In this document: positions 44,271-52,662 of the stretch, in pieces
How positions within the stretch are numbered: the first letter of the stretch is position 1
Layout: each line of letters begins with the position of its first letter
DNA from: Minisyncoccota bacterium
Lineage (GTDB): Bacteria > Patescibacteriota > Minisyncoccia > Minisyncoccales > JAQTVQ01
Assembly: GCA_041657385.1 (NCBI GenBank)
Contig: JBBABZ010000002.1
Span: 13,516 to 77,515 of the forward strand
Direction of reading: 5' to 3'
DNA length: 64,000 nt
Made by a program: the position numbers and the translations under genes
Notes under the pieces: generated by a model
The model's database searches: none
Seen by the model: only the letters and a program-made list of their open reading frames with translations
Told to the model about the DNA's origin: nothing

Positions 44271-44486
44271 ATGGATTTAAAAGAATTAAAAAAAGTAATT
44301 GAAGGGGAAGCTTCCAAAGTTATAATTGTGGAAAATGGCGAGCCTGTTTTTGTAGTGATGAGCTTTGAAGAATACAAAAAAACAAAAGGACAGCAGAGCA
44401 ACCTTTCAAATGATTCGAAAAATTTACCGAATTCCGCCAAAGAGTTGATGGAAGAACAGTTGAAAATTGAAGATTTGCCGTTTTAG
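44271..44486 (+). CDS. Small Phd/YefM-antitoxin-like protein (71 aa) with acidic C-terminal tail ending EDLPF
   Basis: LKELKKVIEGEASKVIIVENGEPVFVVMSFEEYKK resembles the Phd/YefM N-terminal fold pattern (..Itr.G.pv.Vl.s.eeYe.l). It lies between fusA and tuf. ATG 44271 comes 11 nt after the fusA stop. Confidence 0.45.
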   Translation: MDLKELKKVIEGEASKVIIVENGEPVFVVMSFEEYKKTKGQQSNLSNDSKNLPNSAKELMEEQLKIEDLPF

Positions 44487-44650
44487 GCTATTGACGCCGT
44501 AAAACTCTGAAACCATGGCTGTCTTGAAAGATAAAGAATTCTTAGAAGTTTATTATCGAAAAAAGAAAAGGAAAAATATTTGACTTTTTTTTAATTTTCC
44601 GTTAAATTAATAGAATAAAAAACAATTTAAATAGAAGCAAATAAAAAAAT

Positions 44651-44718
44651 CCGTCCTCGCTTTTAAAATGCGGCGGACGAAGTCCTCTTTCGCCTTAACA
44701 GGCTTCGGCGGACGAAGT
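44651..44718. repeat. Two tandem GC-rich hairpin modules in the tuf leader, each ending cggcggacgaagt
   Basis: ccgtcctcgcttttaaaatgcggcggacgaagt followed by cctctttcgccttaacaggcttcggcggacgaagt. Confidence 0.6.
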
Positions 44719-44802
44719 AAAATTTTGGAACCACAGGCTTGAAGGTTGAAACTTAAAAAAACTTCAGCTTCCTGTTCTGCGCTTGTTCCACAATAACAAC
44801 CT

Positions 44803-46002
44803 ATGGCTGAGAAACAAACATTTGAGAGGACAAAACCTCACTTAAATATCGGCACCATCGGTCATGTAGACCATGGTAAAACTACTCTCACGGCTGCAAT
44901 TCTGCATTCTTTGCATTTGGCTGGTATGAAAGCTACCGATAGATCTGTTGACCAGATCGATGCTGCTCCAGAAGAGAAGGCCAGAGGAGTTACGATCAAT
45001 ATTTCCCATTTGGAATACGAAACGGAAAAAAGGCACTATGCGCACATCGACTGCCCAGGACACGCTGATTATATTAAGAATATGATCACTGGAGCCGCTC
45101 AGATGGATGGAGCTATTTTAGTTGTATCTGCTCCGGACGGCCCAATGCCTCAAACAAGAGAACATATCCTTTTGGCTTATCAAGTTGGTTTGCCCTCGAT
45201 TGTTGTCTTCCTGAATAAAGTTGATCAAGTGGACGATCCGGAAATTATCGATTTAGTTGAGTCAGAAGTCCGCGAACTTTTGAAAAAATATCATTTCCCA
45301 GGAGACGAAATTCCATTTATTAAAGGTTCAGCTTTGAAAGCCTTAGCTGCAACTTCAGCCGATGATCCGGCTATTAAACCGATCTTAGATCTAGTAAAAG
45401 CTTGCGACGATTATATTCCAGAGCCTTCCAGACAAACCGATAAGCCGTTTTTGATGGCCATTGAAGATATCTTTTCAATTGAAGGCCGCGGCACTGTTGC
45501 CACTGGCAGAATTGAAAGAGGAACTATCCATTCTAACGATGAATTGGAAGTAGTAGGCATCAGGCCGACTATCAAAACCACTGCGGTCAGTATTGAAATG
45601 TTTCAAAAGATATTGAACGACGGACAGGCTGGAGATAATGTTGGTATCTTATTGAGAGGATTGAAAAAAGAAGACATTGAGAGAGGCCAAGTTTTGGCCA
45701 AACCGGGAAGCATTGCTCCACACACTGAATTTGAAACGAATGTTTATATATTGACCAAAGAAGAAGGAGGAAGACATACACCGTTCTTCCCAGGTTACAA
45801 GCCGCAGTTTTATTTTAAAACAGCTGATATCACCGGTGATGTTACTTTGCCGGAGGGAACCGAAATGGTTATGCCGGGCGACACTGTAAACCTGAAAGTC
45901 AAATTAATTGTTCCTATGGCTATAGAAGAACAGCAAAAATTTGCCATTCGTGAAGGAGGAAAGACCGTGGGAGCAGGAGTAATAACAAAGATTATTAAAT
46001 AA
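44803..46002 (+). CDS. tuf: Translation elongation factor Tu
   Basis: [25 protein letters not shown], and 399 aa. Confidence 0.98.
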   Translation: MAEKQTFERTKPHLNIGTIGHVDHGKTTLTAAILHSLHLAGMKATDRSVDQIDAAPEEKARGVTINISHLEYETEKRHYAHIDCPGHADYIKNMITGAAQMDGAILVVSAPDGPMPQTREHILLAYQVGLPSIVVFLNKVDQVDDPEIIDLVESEVRELLKKYHFPGDEIPFIKGSALKALAATSADDPAIKPILDLVKACDDYIPEPSRQTDKPFLMAIEDIFSIEGRGTVATGRIERGTIHSNDELEVVGIRPTIKTTAVSIEMFQKILNDGQAGDNVGILLRGLKKEDIERGQVLAKPGSIAPHTEFETNVYILTKEEGGRHTPFFPGYKPQFYFKTADITGDVTLPEGTEMVMPGDTVNLKVKLIVPMAIEEQQKFAIREGGKTVGAGVITKIIK

Positions 46003-46064
46003 AATGGAAAGGAATGCTGGAGGCTTTGTAAAAAGCCTTCAGCAAGAGAGTTCTTTTGAAGAAA

Positions 46065-46412
46065 ATGCCAGCAACAAAGAAGAACACAGAAAAAACAGAA
46101 GCTAAGCCAAAGTTAAGGATCAAACTTAGAGCTTACGATCATAAGCTTATCGATAAGAGCGCTCGACAAATTGTCGAGATTGCTTTGCGCAATGGCGCGG
46201 AAATTTTAGGTCCAGTGCCTTTGCCGGTGGAAGTTCGCAAGTACACCGTTAATCGTTCGACTTTCGTCCATAAAGACGCGAGAGAGCAATTCGAGATGAG
46301 GATACACAAAAGATTTGTCGATGTGATCAGCCCGAATCAAAGAGTTATCGACTCTTTAAAAACTTTGACCTTGCCGACGGGCGTTGACATAGAAGTTAAG
46401 AGCATATTATAA
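46065..46412 (+). CDS. rpsJ: Ribosomal protein uS10
   Basis: LRIKLRAYDHKLIDKSARQIVE...PLP...YTVNRS.FVHKD.REQFEMR.HKR. ATG 46065; the ORF track opens at TTG 46056. Confidence 0.96.
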   Translation: MPATKKNTEKTEAKPKLRIKLRAYDHKLIDKSARQIVEIALRNGAEILGPVPLPVEVRKYTVNRSTFVHKDAREQFEMRIHKRFVDVISPNQRVIDSLKTLTLPTGVDIEVKSIL

Positions 46413-46556
46413 AAATTACGGTCTTTAATATTTTCGATCAGAAAAAGGTGATAAATTTTTTTTTCGTTTAATTTTTAATAATCAAAACAAGGTACTAGCT
46501 TGATAATAGGTACCGGGTTAAGCCGGTATTTATTAATTTAACCAGCCAAAAGTTAT

Positions 46557-47159
46557 ATGAAATTCATATTAGGTTTAAAAATTGGGATGGTGCAGATTTT
46601 TGACGAAAAAGGCACAAGAGTGCCGGTAACTTTGGTTGAAGCTGGCCCTTGCAAAGTTTTGCAATTGAAAAACTTAAAAAAAGACGGTTATGAATCAGTG
46701 CAAATCGGTCTTGGAGCTAAGAAAGCGCATAAATTTAAAAAAAGCGAAAAAGGAAAAGAGTTTAAATTTATTAAAGAGTTTCGTTTGCCGGAAGGCGAAA
46801 GCGTAAGTCTCAATCTTGGCGACATGATTGATGTTTCCGTTTTCCAGGAAAACGATAAAGTTAAAGTTAGCGGCATGAGCATCGGAAAAGGCTTCCAGGG
46901 AGGAGTTAAGAGATGGGGATTTTCCGGCAGAGCAAAGACTCATGGTATGAAACATGAGCAAAGGACTTTAGGATCAGTGGGCTGTACTATTCCTGCTAGA
47001 GTTATAAAAGGACGCAAAATGCCTGGCCGTACCGGATATGATAGAAAGACTATCTCTAATTTGAAGATATCTAAAATAGATAAAGATAATAACATTTTAG
47101 CGATTCGAGGAATGTTGCCGGGCCGCAAAGGCACTTTATTAGAAATAAAAGCCAAATAA
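46557..47159 (+). CDS. rplC: Ribosomal protein uL3
   Basis: GLKIGMVQIFDEKG..VPVTLVEAGPC, FQGGVKRWGF.G and operon position. Confidence 0.96.
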   Translation: MKFILGLKIGMVQIFDEKGTRVPVTLVEAGPCKVLQLKNLKKDGYESVQIGLGAKKAHKFKKSEKGKEFKFIKEFRLPEGESVSLNLGDMIDVSVFQENDKVKVSGMSIGKGFQGGVKRWGFSGRAKTHGMKHEQRTLGSVGCTIPARVIKGRKMPGRTGYDRKTISNLKISKIDKDNNILAIRGMLPGRKGTLLEIKAK

Positions 47160-47231
47160 TATACGTTTTGCGGGTAAAGATCCAAATTGTTTAGATCTCT
47201 CGCAAGCCCGCCGTTTGACCAATTTATAAAT

Positions 47232-47906
47232 ATGAAAACTGTAGTATACAACAAGGAAGGAGAAGAAGCAGGACAAGTAATCCTCCCTAAGGATATTTTT
47301 GAAGTGCCTTTGAAATCAGACTTGGTTCATCAAATCGCTGTTTCTCAGGCCTCCAATCGCAGGCGAAACATAGCCCACACTAAAGGAAGGGGAGAAGTTA
47401 GCGGCGGAGGAAAAAAACCATGGAGGCAGAAAGGTACTGGACGCGCCAGACACGGTTCTAACAGGTCTCCTTTGTGGAGGCATGGAGGGGTGACATTCGG
47501 TCCCACTAACGAAGTCAATTTTGAAAAAACGATCAACAAAAAGATGCAGCGCAAGGCTATGTTTATGGTTTTGTCGCAAAAAGTTAAAAATAACGCTTTG
47601 ATCGTTCTTGATGAATTGAATTTTGAGAAGCCGAAAACAAAAGAGATCAAAAATATTTTCGAAAATTTAAAATCAAAAGTGAAGACATTTACTGGAAAGG
47701 GAGTCATTGTGGCTTTGTCTAAAGAAGATAAGAATATTGTTTTATCCGTAAGGAACATCGTTAGAGCCGTCCCAATGCAAGCGAAAGATTTGAATTGTTT
47801 GGATTTGCTGTCTTACAAATATTTAATTTTAACGAAAAATAGCTTAAAAAATATTAAAGAAACCTTTTTAGGAAAAAAGAATCAAGTTTCTTCCGAAGAA
47901 GAATAA
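47232..47906 (+). CDS. rplD: Ribosomal protein uL4
   Basis: GGGKKPWRQKGTGRARHGS motif. The start is taken at ATG 47232; the ORF track opens upstream within a GC-rich hairpin spacer. Confidence 0.95.
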   Translation: MKTVVYNKEGEEAGQVILPKDIFEVPLKSDLVHQIAVSQASNRRRNIAHTKGRGEVSGGGKKPWRQKGTGRARHGSNRSPLWRHGGVTFGPTNEVNFEKTINKKMQRKAMFMVLSQKVKNNALIVLDELNFEKPKTKEIKNIFENLKSKVKTFTGKGVIVALSKEDKNIVLSVRNIVRAVPMQAKDLNCLDLLSYKYLILTKNSLKNIKETFLGKKNQVSSEEE

Positions 47907-47917
47907 AAATTTAGCAT

Positions 47918-48361
47918 ATGGCTTTGAATATTTTTAAAAAAAATACGGAAAAAGAGACCGTCATCGCTGGAAAAGTGAAGAAGTCTGCGGCAAAGAAAGC
48001 AGAAGAAAAGAAGACCGAGGCAAAAAAGGAAGCCAAGGTTGTTAAAAACGATTCAAAAAAGCGTGAAGCGAAAAAGGGAGGGTATGCTATTGGAACCATT
48101 AAATCTCCATATATCACCGAAAAAGCGGTTAATCTGACCGATAAGGATATTTATGTTTTTAGAGTAGACAATGATGCGAATAAAACCGCAGTTAAAAAAG
48201 CGGTGGAAGAAATCTATAAAGTCGATGTGGAAAAAGTAACAATGATCAATACTAAAGGTAAAAAGATCGGCCGGGGCAGAATGGCCGGCATCAAAAAAGG
48301 TTTCAGGAAAGCTTTGATCAAAATAAAAAAAGGACAAAAAATAGAAGTAATGCCTAAATAA
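47918..48361 (+). CDS. rplW: Ribosomal protein uL23 with N-terminal Lys/Ala/Glu-rich extension of about 50 aa
   Basis: The conserved core IKSPYITEKA...YVFRVD..ANK..VKKAVEEIYKV.V..V is preceded by KKSAAKKAEEKKTEAKKEAK... Confidence 0.93.
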   Translation: MALNIFKKNTEKETVIAGKVKKSAAKKAEEKKTEAKKEAKVVKNDSKKREAKKGGYAIGTIKSPYITEKAVNLTDKDIYVFRVDNDANKTAVKKAVEEIYKVDVEKVTMINTKGKKIGRGRMAGIKKGFRKALIKIKKGQKIEVMPK

Positions 48362-48382
48362 GTTCATCTTTAGAAAAATTCT

Positions 48383-49174
48383 ATGGCAGTTCAAACTCAA
48401 AATATTAAATTGACAAAGAATAAAAAACCCGAGAAGGGATTGCTTTTGAGGTGGCAAAAAACCGGTGGCCGCGCGCAGAATGGAAGAATTACTACCAGGC
48501 ATATCGGAGGAGGGTACCGTAAGCTTTACAGAATAGTTGATTTTGGACAAAAGAATTTGGATATGCCCGGAAAAGTGGTTGCCATTGAATACGATCCGAA
48601 CAGGACTGGTTATTTAGCCTTGATCGAATACGAGAATAAAGAAAAAAAATATATTATCGCCCCGCAGGGATTAAAAGAAGGAGAAGCGGTCATCACTGCC
48701 GAAAAGGCTCCGATCTCTTTGGGAAATCGTTTGCAATTGAAAAATATTCCTGAAGGAACATTGATCCATAATATTGAAATTATGTCTGGCCAGGGAGGTA
48801 AAATGGTCAGATCGGCTGGATCAAGCGCTGTCATCATTGCCCATGAAGGAAATTTTTGCAATTTGAAAATGTCTTCTTCTGAGATAAGAAGGATTCCAGG
48901 TGATTGTTTCGCTTCAGTCGGAGCGGTTTCAAATGCTGATTATCGTTTTAAGAGATGGATCAAAGCGGGTATCAGCCGAAAGAAAGGAATCAGACCTCGT
49001 GTTAGAGGGACCGCGATGAATCCCTGCGATCATCCTCATGGAGGAGGCGAAGGCCGAACCGGTATAGGTATGAAGCATCCGAAAACTCCTTGGGGCAAAC
49101 CGGCTTTTGGAGTCAAAACCAGAAGGAGAACTACGACCGATAAATATATTCTTCAAAGAAGAAAAAAGAAATAA
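48383..49174 (+). CDS. rplB: Ribosomal protein uL2
   Basis: GRITTRHIGGG.RKLYR, VRGTAMNPCDHPHGGGEG. Confidence 0.97.
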   Translation: MAVQTQNIKLTKNKKPEKGLLLRWQKTGGRAQNGRITTRHIGGGYRKLYRIVDFGQKNLDMPGKVVAIEYDPNRTGYLALIEYENKEKKYIIAPQGLKEGEAVITAEKAPISLGNRLQLKNIPEGTLIHNIEIMSGQGGKMVRSAGSSAVIIAHEGNFCNLKMSSSEIRRIPGDCFASVGAVSNADYRFKRWIKAGISRKKGIRPRVRGTAMNPCDHPHGGGEGRTGIGMKHPKTPWGKPAFGVKTRRRTTTDKYILQRRKKK

Positions 49175-49193
49175 TCTAATCTAAAATAAAAAT

Positions 49194-49520
49194 ATGACAA
49201 GAAGTTTAAAAAAAGGTCCATACGTAGACGAAAAATTGTTAGAGAAAGTGAACAAGGCTAAGCCTGGAGATATTATAAAAACTTGGGCTCGCGCTTGTGT
49301 CATTACTCCTGAAATGATAGGATTGACTTTTGCCGTGCATAATGGAAAAGCTTTCATTACCGTAAAAGCCAGCGAAGATATGGTGGGCCATAAGTTAGGA
49401 GAGTTTTCCCAAACTACCAAATTTGTCAGGCATGGAGGAAAAATGCAGAGAGGTTTAGAATCCAGTACTGCAGCCGTTCCAGCCGTTCCAGCCGCCGCTC
49501 CGGCTAAAAGCAAGAAATAA
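49194..49520 (+). CDS. rpsS: Ribosomal protein uS19 (with Ala/Pro-rich C-terminal tail)
   Basis: [35 protein letters not shown]. Confidence 0.96.
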   Translation: MTRSLKKGPYVDEKLLEKVNKAKPGDIIKTWARACVITPEMIGLTFAVHNGKAFITVKASEDMVGHKLGEFSQTTKFVRHGGKMQRGLESSTAAVPAVPAAAPAKSKK

Positions 49521-49551
49521 ATAAAGATTTTATAGATAATAGATAAAAGAT

Positions 49552-50082
49552 ATGTTGGTTTCCGCTAAACTTAGGTACTTAAGAATATCGCCCCGTAAAG
49601 CAAGATTAGTTGCTGATTTAGTTAGGGGAAAATCAGTTGAGCAAGCTCAAGGTATTTTGAATTTTACGATAAAAAGAGCAGCTAACCCTATTTTGAAGCT
49701 TTTGAATTCAGCGGCAGCCAACGCTAAGAATAATTTTCATTTAGATCCGAAGAATATGTATGTTGCCAGGATTTTTGTTAACGAAGGAGCAACGTATAAA
49801 AGAGTTATGCCTCGCGCCAGAGGCACTGCCAATCAAATTCACAAGAAAACTTGCCATATTGATTTAGTTTTAGCTCAAAATGGAGAAAAAGTAGGAATGC
49901 CGACCAGAAACGATTTTAAAGTAAAAACAGTAGTCAACGCAGAAAAGATTCAAGCAGAAAGCAAACCAGAAGCAGTTAAAGAAAAAAAAGTAGAAAAAAC
50001 CGCGAAGCCGAAAGCAAAAGAAACTAAAAAAGATTTTAAGCCGGCAGCAAAAAAGGTTTCTAAAAATACAGTTAAAAAATAA
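49552..50082 (+). CDS. rplV: Ribosomal protein uL22 with C-terminal Lys-rich extension of about 60 aa
   Basis: LRISPRKARLVADLVRGKSVEQAQ.IL.F, MPRARG.A..I.K.T.HI, then a KPEAVKEKKVEKTAKPKAKETKK tail. Confidence 0.95.
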   Translation: MLVSAKLRYLRISPRKARLVADLVRGKSVEQAQGILNFTIKRAANPILKLLNSAAANAKNNFHLDPKNMYVARIFVNEGATYKRVMPRARGTANQIHKKTCHIDLVLAQNGEKVGMPTRNDFKVKTVVNAEKIQAESKPEAVKEKKVEKTAKPKAKETKKDFKPAAKKVSKNTVKK

Positions 50083-50111
50083 ATTTCCTTTAATCTTAAT
50101 TAAAAACCACA

Positions 50112-50792
50112 ATGGCACACAAAGTTAATCCAAAACTATTCCGCATAAAGGAAAATTCCGATTGGTTATCTCAAGGATATTATGGGAAAACCCCCAAAGC
50201 GTATTTGGAGGAGGATTTTAAAGTTAGAGAAGTTTTGAAATCCAGCTTGAAAGATGCCAGCGTGGAAAAGATCGAGATCGAAAGGTTTCCCCGCGAAGAC
50301 AAAACGAATATTTTAATTTATACCGCCAGGCCTGGATTGGTTATTGGCCGCAGAGGAGAAGGAATAGATGTTTTGAAAGTAAAACTGGTTAAAACCCTTT
50401 TAAAGGGAAAAAGAGCCGATCAGAAAGAAAAGGAGCTGAAATTTAAAAAAACCAATATTGAGATCAAAGAAATTGCCGATCCTTGGGTTTCCGCAACTTT
50501 GGTTGCCCAGTGGATCGCCCAAAGATTGGAAAAAAGAATGCCTTTCAGAAAACTTTTAAAGCAGGCATTGGATAAGGTTTTAGCCCATAAGGAAGTTAAG
50601 GGAGCCAGGATCGAGATTTCCGGACGGCTTGATGGAGCTACTATCGCCCGTCGTGAATGGCTCGGTAAAGGACAACTGCCCCGCGGAACCATTAGAGCTG
50701 ATATTGATTATGGTTTTGAAGAAGCTCGTTGCACTTTCGGAACTATCGGGATCAAAACGTGGATTAACAAAGGAGAAAAATTTGATCAATAA
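50112..50792 (+). CDS. rpsC: Ribosomal protein uS3
   Basis: MAHKVNPKLFRI, a KH-domain block, GRLDGATIARREW..G.LP..T.RADIDY. Confidence 0.97.
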   Translation: MAHKVNPKLFRIKENSDWLSQGYYGKTPKAYLEEDFKVREVLKSSLKDASVEKIEIERFPREDKTNILIYTARPGLVIGRRGEGIDVLKVKLVKTLLKGKRADQKEKELKFKKTNIEIKEIADPWVSATLVAQWIAQRLEKRMPFRKLLKQALDKVLAHKEVKGARIEISGRLDGATIARREWLGKGQLPRGTIRADIDYGFEEARCTFGTIGIKTWINKGEKFDQ

Positions 50793-50814
50793 AATATAAT
50801 TTTATCAATATATT

Positions 50815-51228
50815 ATGTTGTTTCCTAAAAGAGTTAAATACAGAAAGCAGCAAAAGGGACGCAGGAGATTGAGGACTTTTGAAAGCCGCGGAACGCAAAT
50901 TAATTTTGGCAGTTTTGGCTTGAAAGCGGATGGATTGAAATATATTTCTTCCAAGCAGATAGAAGCCTGCAGAAGGGCCATAATGAAATACCTCAAAAAG
51001 GGAGGCAAGCTTTGGATCAGAATTTTTCCGGATAAAGTCATTACCACTAAAGGGGTTGAAACTCCGATGGGAGGAGGGAAAGGAGCTCCGGACCACTATG
51101 TTTTCGCGGTGAAGCCGGGAAGAATGCTTTTTGAGCTTGAAGGAGTGGCCGAAACAATTGCGAAAGAAGCTTTTCGAAAAGCATCAGATAAGCTTCCAGT
51201 GAAAACAAAATTTGTAAAGAAAGCATAA
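50815..51228 (+). CDS. rplP: Ribosomal protein uL16
   Basis: [25 protein letters not shown]. Confidence 0.97.
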   Translation: MLFPKRVKYRKQQKGRRRLRTFESRGTQINFGSFGLKADGLKYISSKQIEACRRAIMKYLKKGGKLWIRIFPDKVITTKGVETPMGGGKGAPDHYVFAVKPGRMLFELEGVAETIAKEAFRKASDKLPVKTKFVKKA

Positions 51229-51239
51229 AAATCGTATCA

Positions 51240-51267
51240 AAAATTCAAAATTCAAAATTCAAAATTC
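51240..51267. repeat. Tandem heptamer (aaaattc) x4 in the rplP-rpmC spacer
   Basis: Four direct repeats, read directly from the sequence. Confidence 0.8.
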
Positions 51268-51324
51268 GCGAGAGAGGGGGTGGACAAATTTCAAAAAACG
51301 AGTAATATAAATAAGTCAACTGCA

Positions 51325-51522
51325 ATGAACACAACCGAACTTAGCCAAAAAACAAAAGAAGAACTATTAAAACTTTTAGATGAAAAGAGAAGGGATGTTC
51401 AAGATTTGAAAATGCAGCTAATTTCTGGCAAGATCAAAAGCGTCAAAAGTTTAAAGGAATCCAAAAAAGATATCGCTAGGATATTTACTTTATTAAACCA
51501 GGAAAAAGATTCTAAAAAATAA
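51325..51522 (+). CDS. rpmC: Ribosomal protein uL29
   Basis: EL..K..EEL.KLL.E.R.....LKMQL..G.......KE.KKDIARI. The start is taken at ATG 51325. Confidence 0.9.
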   Translation: MNTTELSQKTKEELLKLLDEKRRDVQDLKMQLISGKIKSVKSLKESKKDIARIFTLLNQEKDSKK

Positions 51523-51534
51523 TTTTTTATCACT

Positions 51535-51798
51535 ATGCCAAAACGAAAATTAACAGGTAAAATAGTTTCCAACAAGATGCAGAAGACTGTCGTGGTTGAG
51601 GTTGAAAGTGTGAAAGAAGATTCTCTTTACAAGAAGCAATATAAGATGCACAAAAACTATAAAGCCCATACCGAAGAAGGAAAATATCAAATTGGAGATG
51701 TAGTCACTATCGAAGAATGCCCGCCGATCAGCAAAGATAAAAGATGGCAAGTAATAGAAAAAAACGAAGAGAAAGTGCAAGAGAAAGACAATAAATAA
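51535..51798 (+). CDS. rpsQ: Ribosomal protein uS17
   Basis: L.GKIVSNKMQKTVVVEVE..K....YKK......K.KAH.E......GD.V.IEECPPISK.K.W. Confidence 0.95.
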   Translation: MPKRKLTGKIVSNKMQKTVVVEVESVKEDSLYKKQYKMHKNYKAHTEEGKYQIGDVVTIEECPPISKDKRWQVIEKNEEKVQEKDNK

Positions 51799-51838
51799 TT
51801 TTTTGAGTAGAGTTTTTAAAAAATAGTAAAATTTTTTC

Positions 51839-52210
51839 ATGATACAGCTTAGGTCAATGTTAAATGTCGCTGACAACAGCGGAGCCAAAAAAATCCAATG
51901 CATTCAAGCTTTGGGTGGAACTGGCAGAAGATATTCCAGAACTGGCGACATAATCGTTGCGGTTGTTATCGTCGCGGAACCAAGAAAGTTGGTAAAGACC
52001 CATCAAGTTATTCGTGCCGTGATCGTTCGCCAGAAACAGGCTCTTCGCAGAAAAGACGGGTCTTATATCAGATTTGATGATAATGCAGCAGTAGTTTTAG
52101 AAGGAACAACCAAGGAACCGAAGGGAACAAGAATTTTGGGCCCGGTATCCCGCGAATTGAAAGAGAGGGGCTTTGAAAAAATTGCGACGATGGCCCCCGA
52201 AGTTTTGTAA
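51839..52210 (+). CDS. rplN: Ribosomal protein uL14
   Basis: MIQLRSMLNVADNSGAKK..CI, DDNA.V. Confidence 0.97.
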   Translation: MIQLRSMLNVADNSGAKKIQCIQALGGTGRRYSRTGDIIVAVVIVAEPRKLVKTHQVIRAVIVRQKQALRRKDGSYIRFDDNAAVVLEGTTKEPKGTRILGPVSRELKERGFEKIATMAPEVL

Positions 52211-52239
52211 AATAGTTTAAGTTTAAAGATAATTAAGAG

Positions 52240-52275
52240 ACCCGCCTTCGCTTTTTTAGCTTCGGCGAGGCAAAG
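52240..52275. repeat. Single GC-rich hairpin module (cccgccttcgc-ttttttagc-ttcggcgaggcaaag) in the rplN-rplX spacer
   Basis: It shares the cccgccttcgc and ggcgaggc(a/g)aag ends with the 34017-34125 array. Confidence 0.65.
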
Positions 52276-52310
52276 AAATTTTGCAAAAAGAATAAAATTC
52301 TGAAAATTTT

Positions 52311-52616
52311 ATGAAAATAAGAAAAAGCGATTTGGTTTTAGTAACATCTGGAGACGACCGTTTGAAGAAAGGAAAAGTTGTGAAAGTTCTTCCTGCGGAG
52401 AATAAGGTTTTGATTGAAGGAGTGAACATTATAAAGAAGCATGTCAAACCTAAACGCAATGGAGAGAAGGGGCAGATAGTCCAAATCGCCAAACCGATTT
52501 CCGTTTCCAAAGTAAAATTGATCTGTCCGAAGTGCAACGTCGCTTCAAAAACGGGATATGCCGCCGGCGCCGAGAAAAAAACCCGCATTTGTAAGAAGTG
52601 CGGACAAGAAATTTAA
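52311..52616 (+). CDS. rplX: Ribosomal protein uL24 with C-terminal Cys4 zinc-ribbon-like extension
   Basis: KOW region IRKSDLVLVTSGDDRLKKGKVVKV, then C-terminal CPKC...(18 aa)...CKKC. Confidence 0.93.
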   Translation: MKIRKSDLVLVTSGDDRLKKGKVVKVLPAENKVLIEGVNIIKKHVKPKRNGEKGQIVQIAKPISVSKVKLICPKCNVASKTGYAAGAEKKTRICKKCGQEI

Positions 52617-52662
52617 TTAAATTATAATTTCCCTGCAAATTGTTGGTAGGGAGAGAAAGAAA

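Noticed and set aside
44515-44583. 22-codon basic mini-ORF as the missing toxin partner of the Phd/YefM-like ORF
   Set aside because: It is far shorter than any type II toxin, has no RBS or recognisable fold, and overlaps a promoter candidate. It is noted only as part of the tuf leader.
48053-48550. 165-aa minus-strand ORF
   Set aside because: It is antisense to the rplW/rplB junction inside the ribosomal operon.
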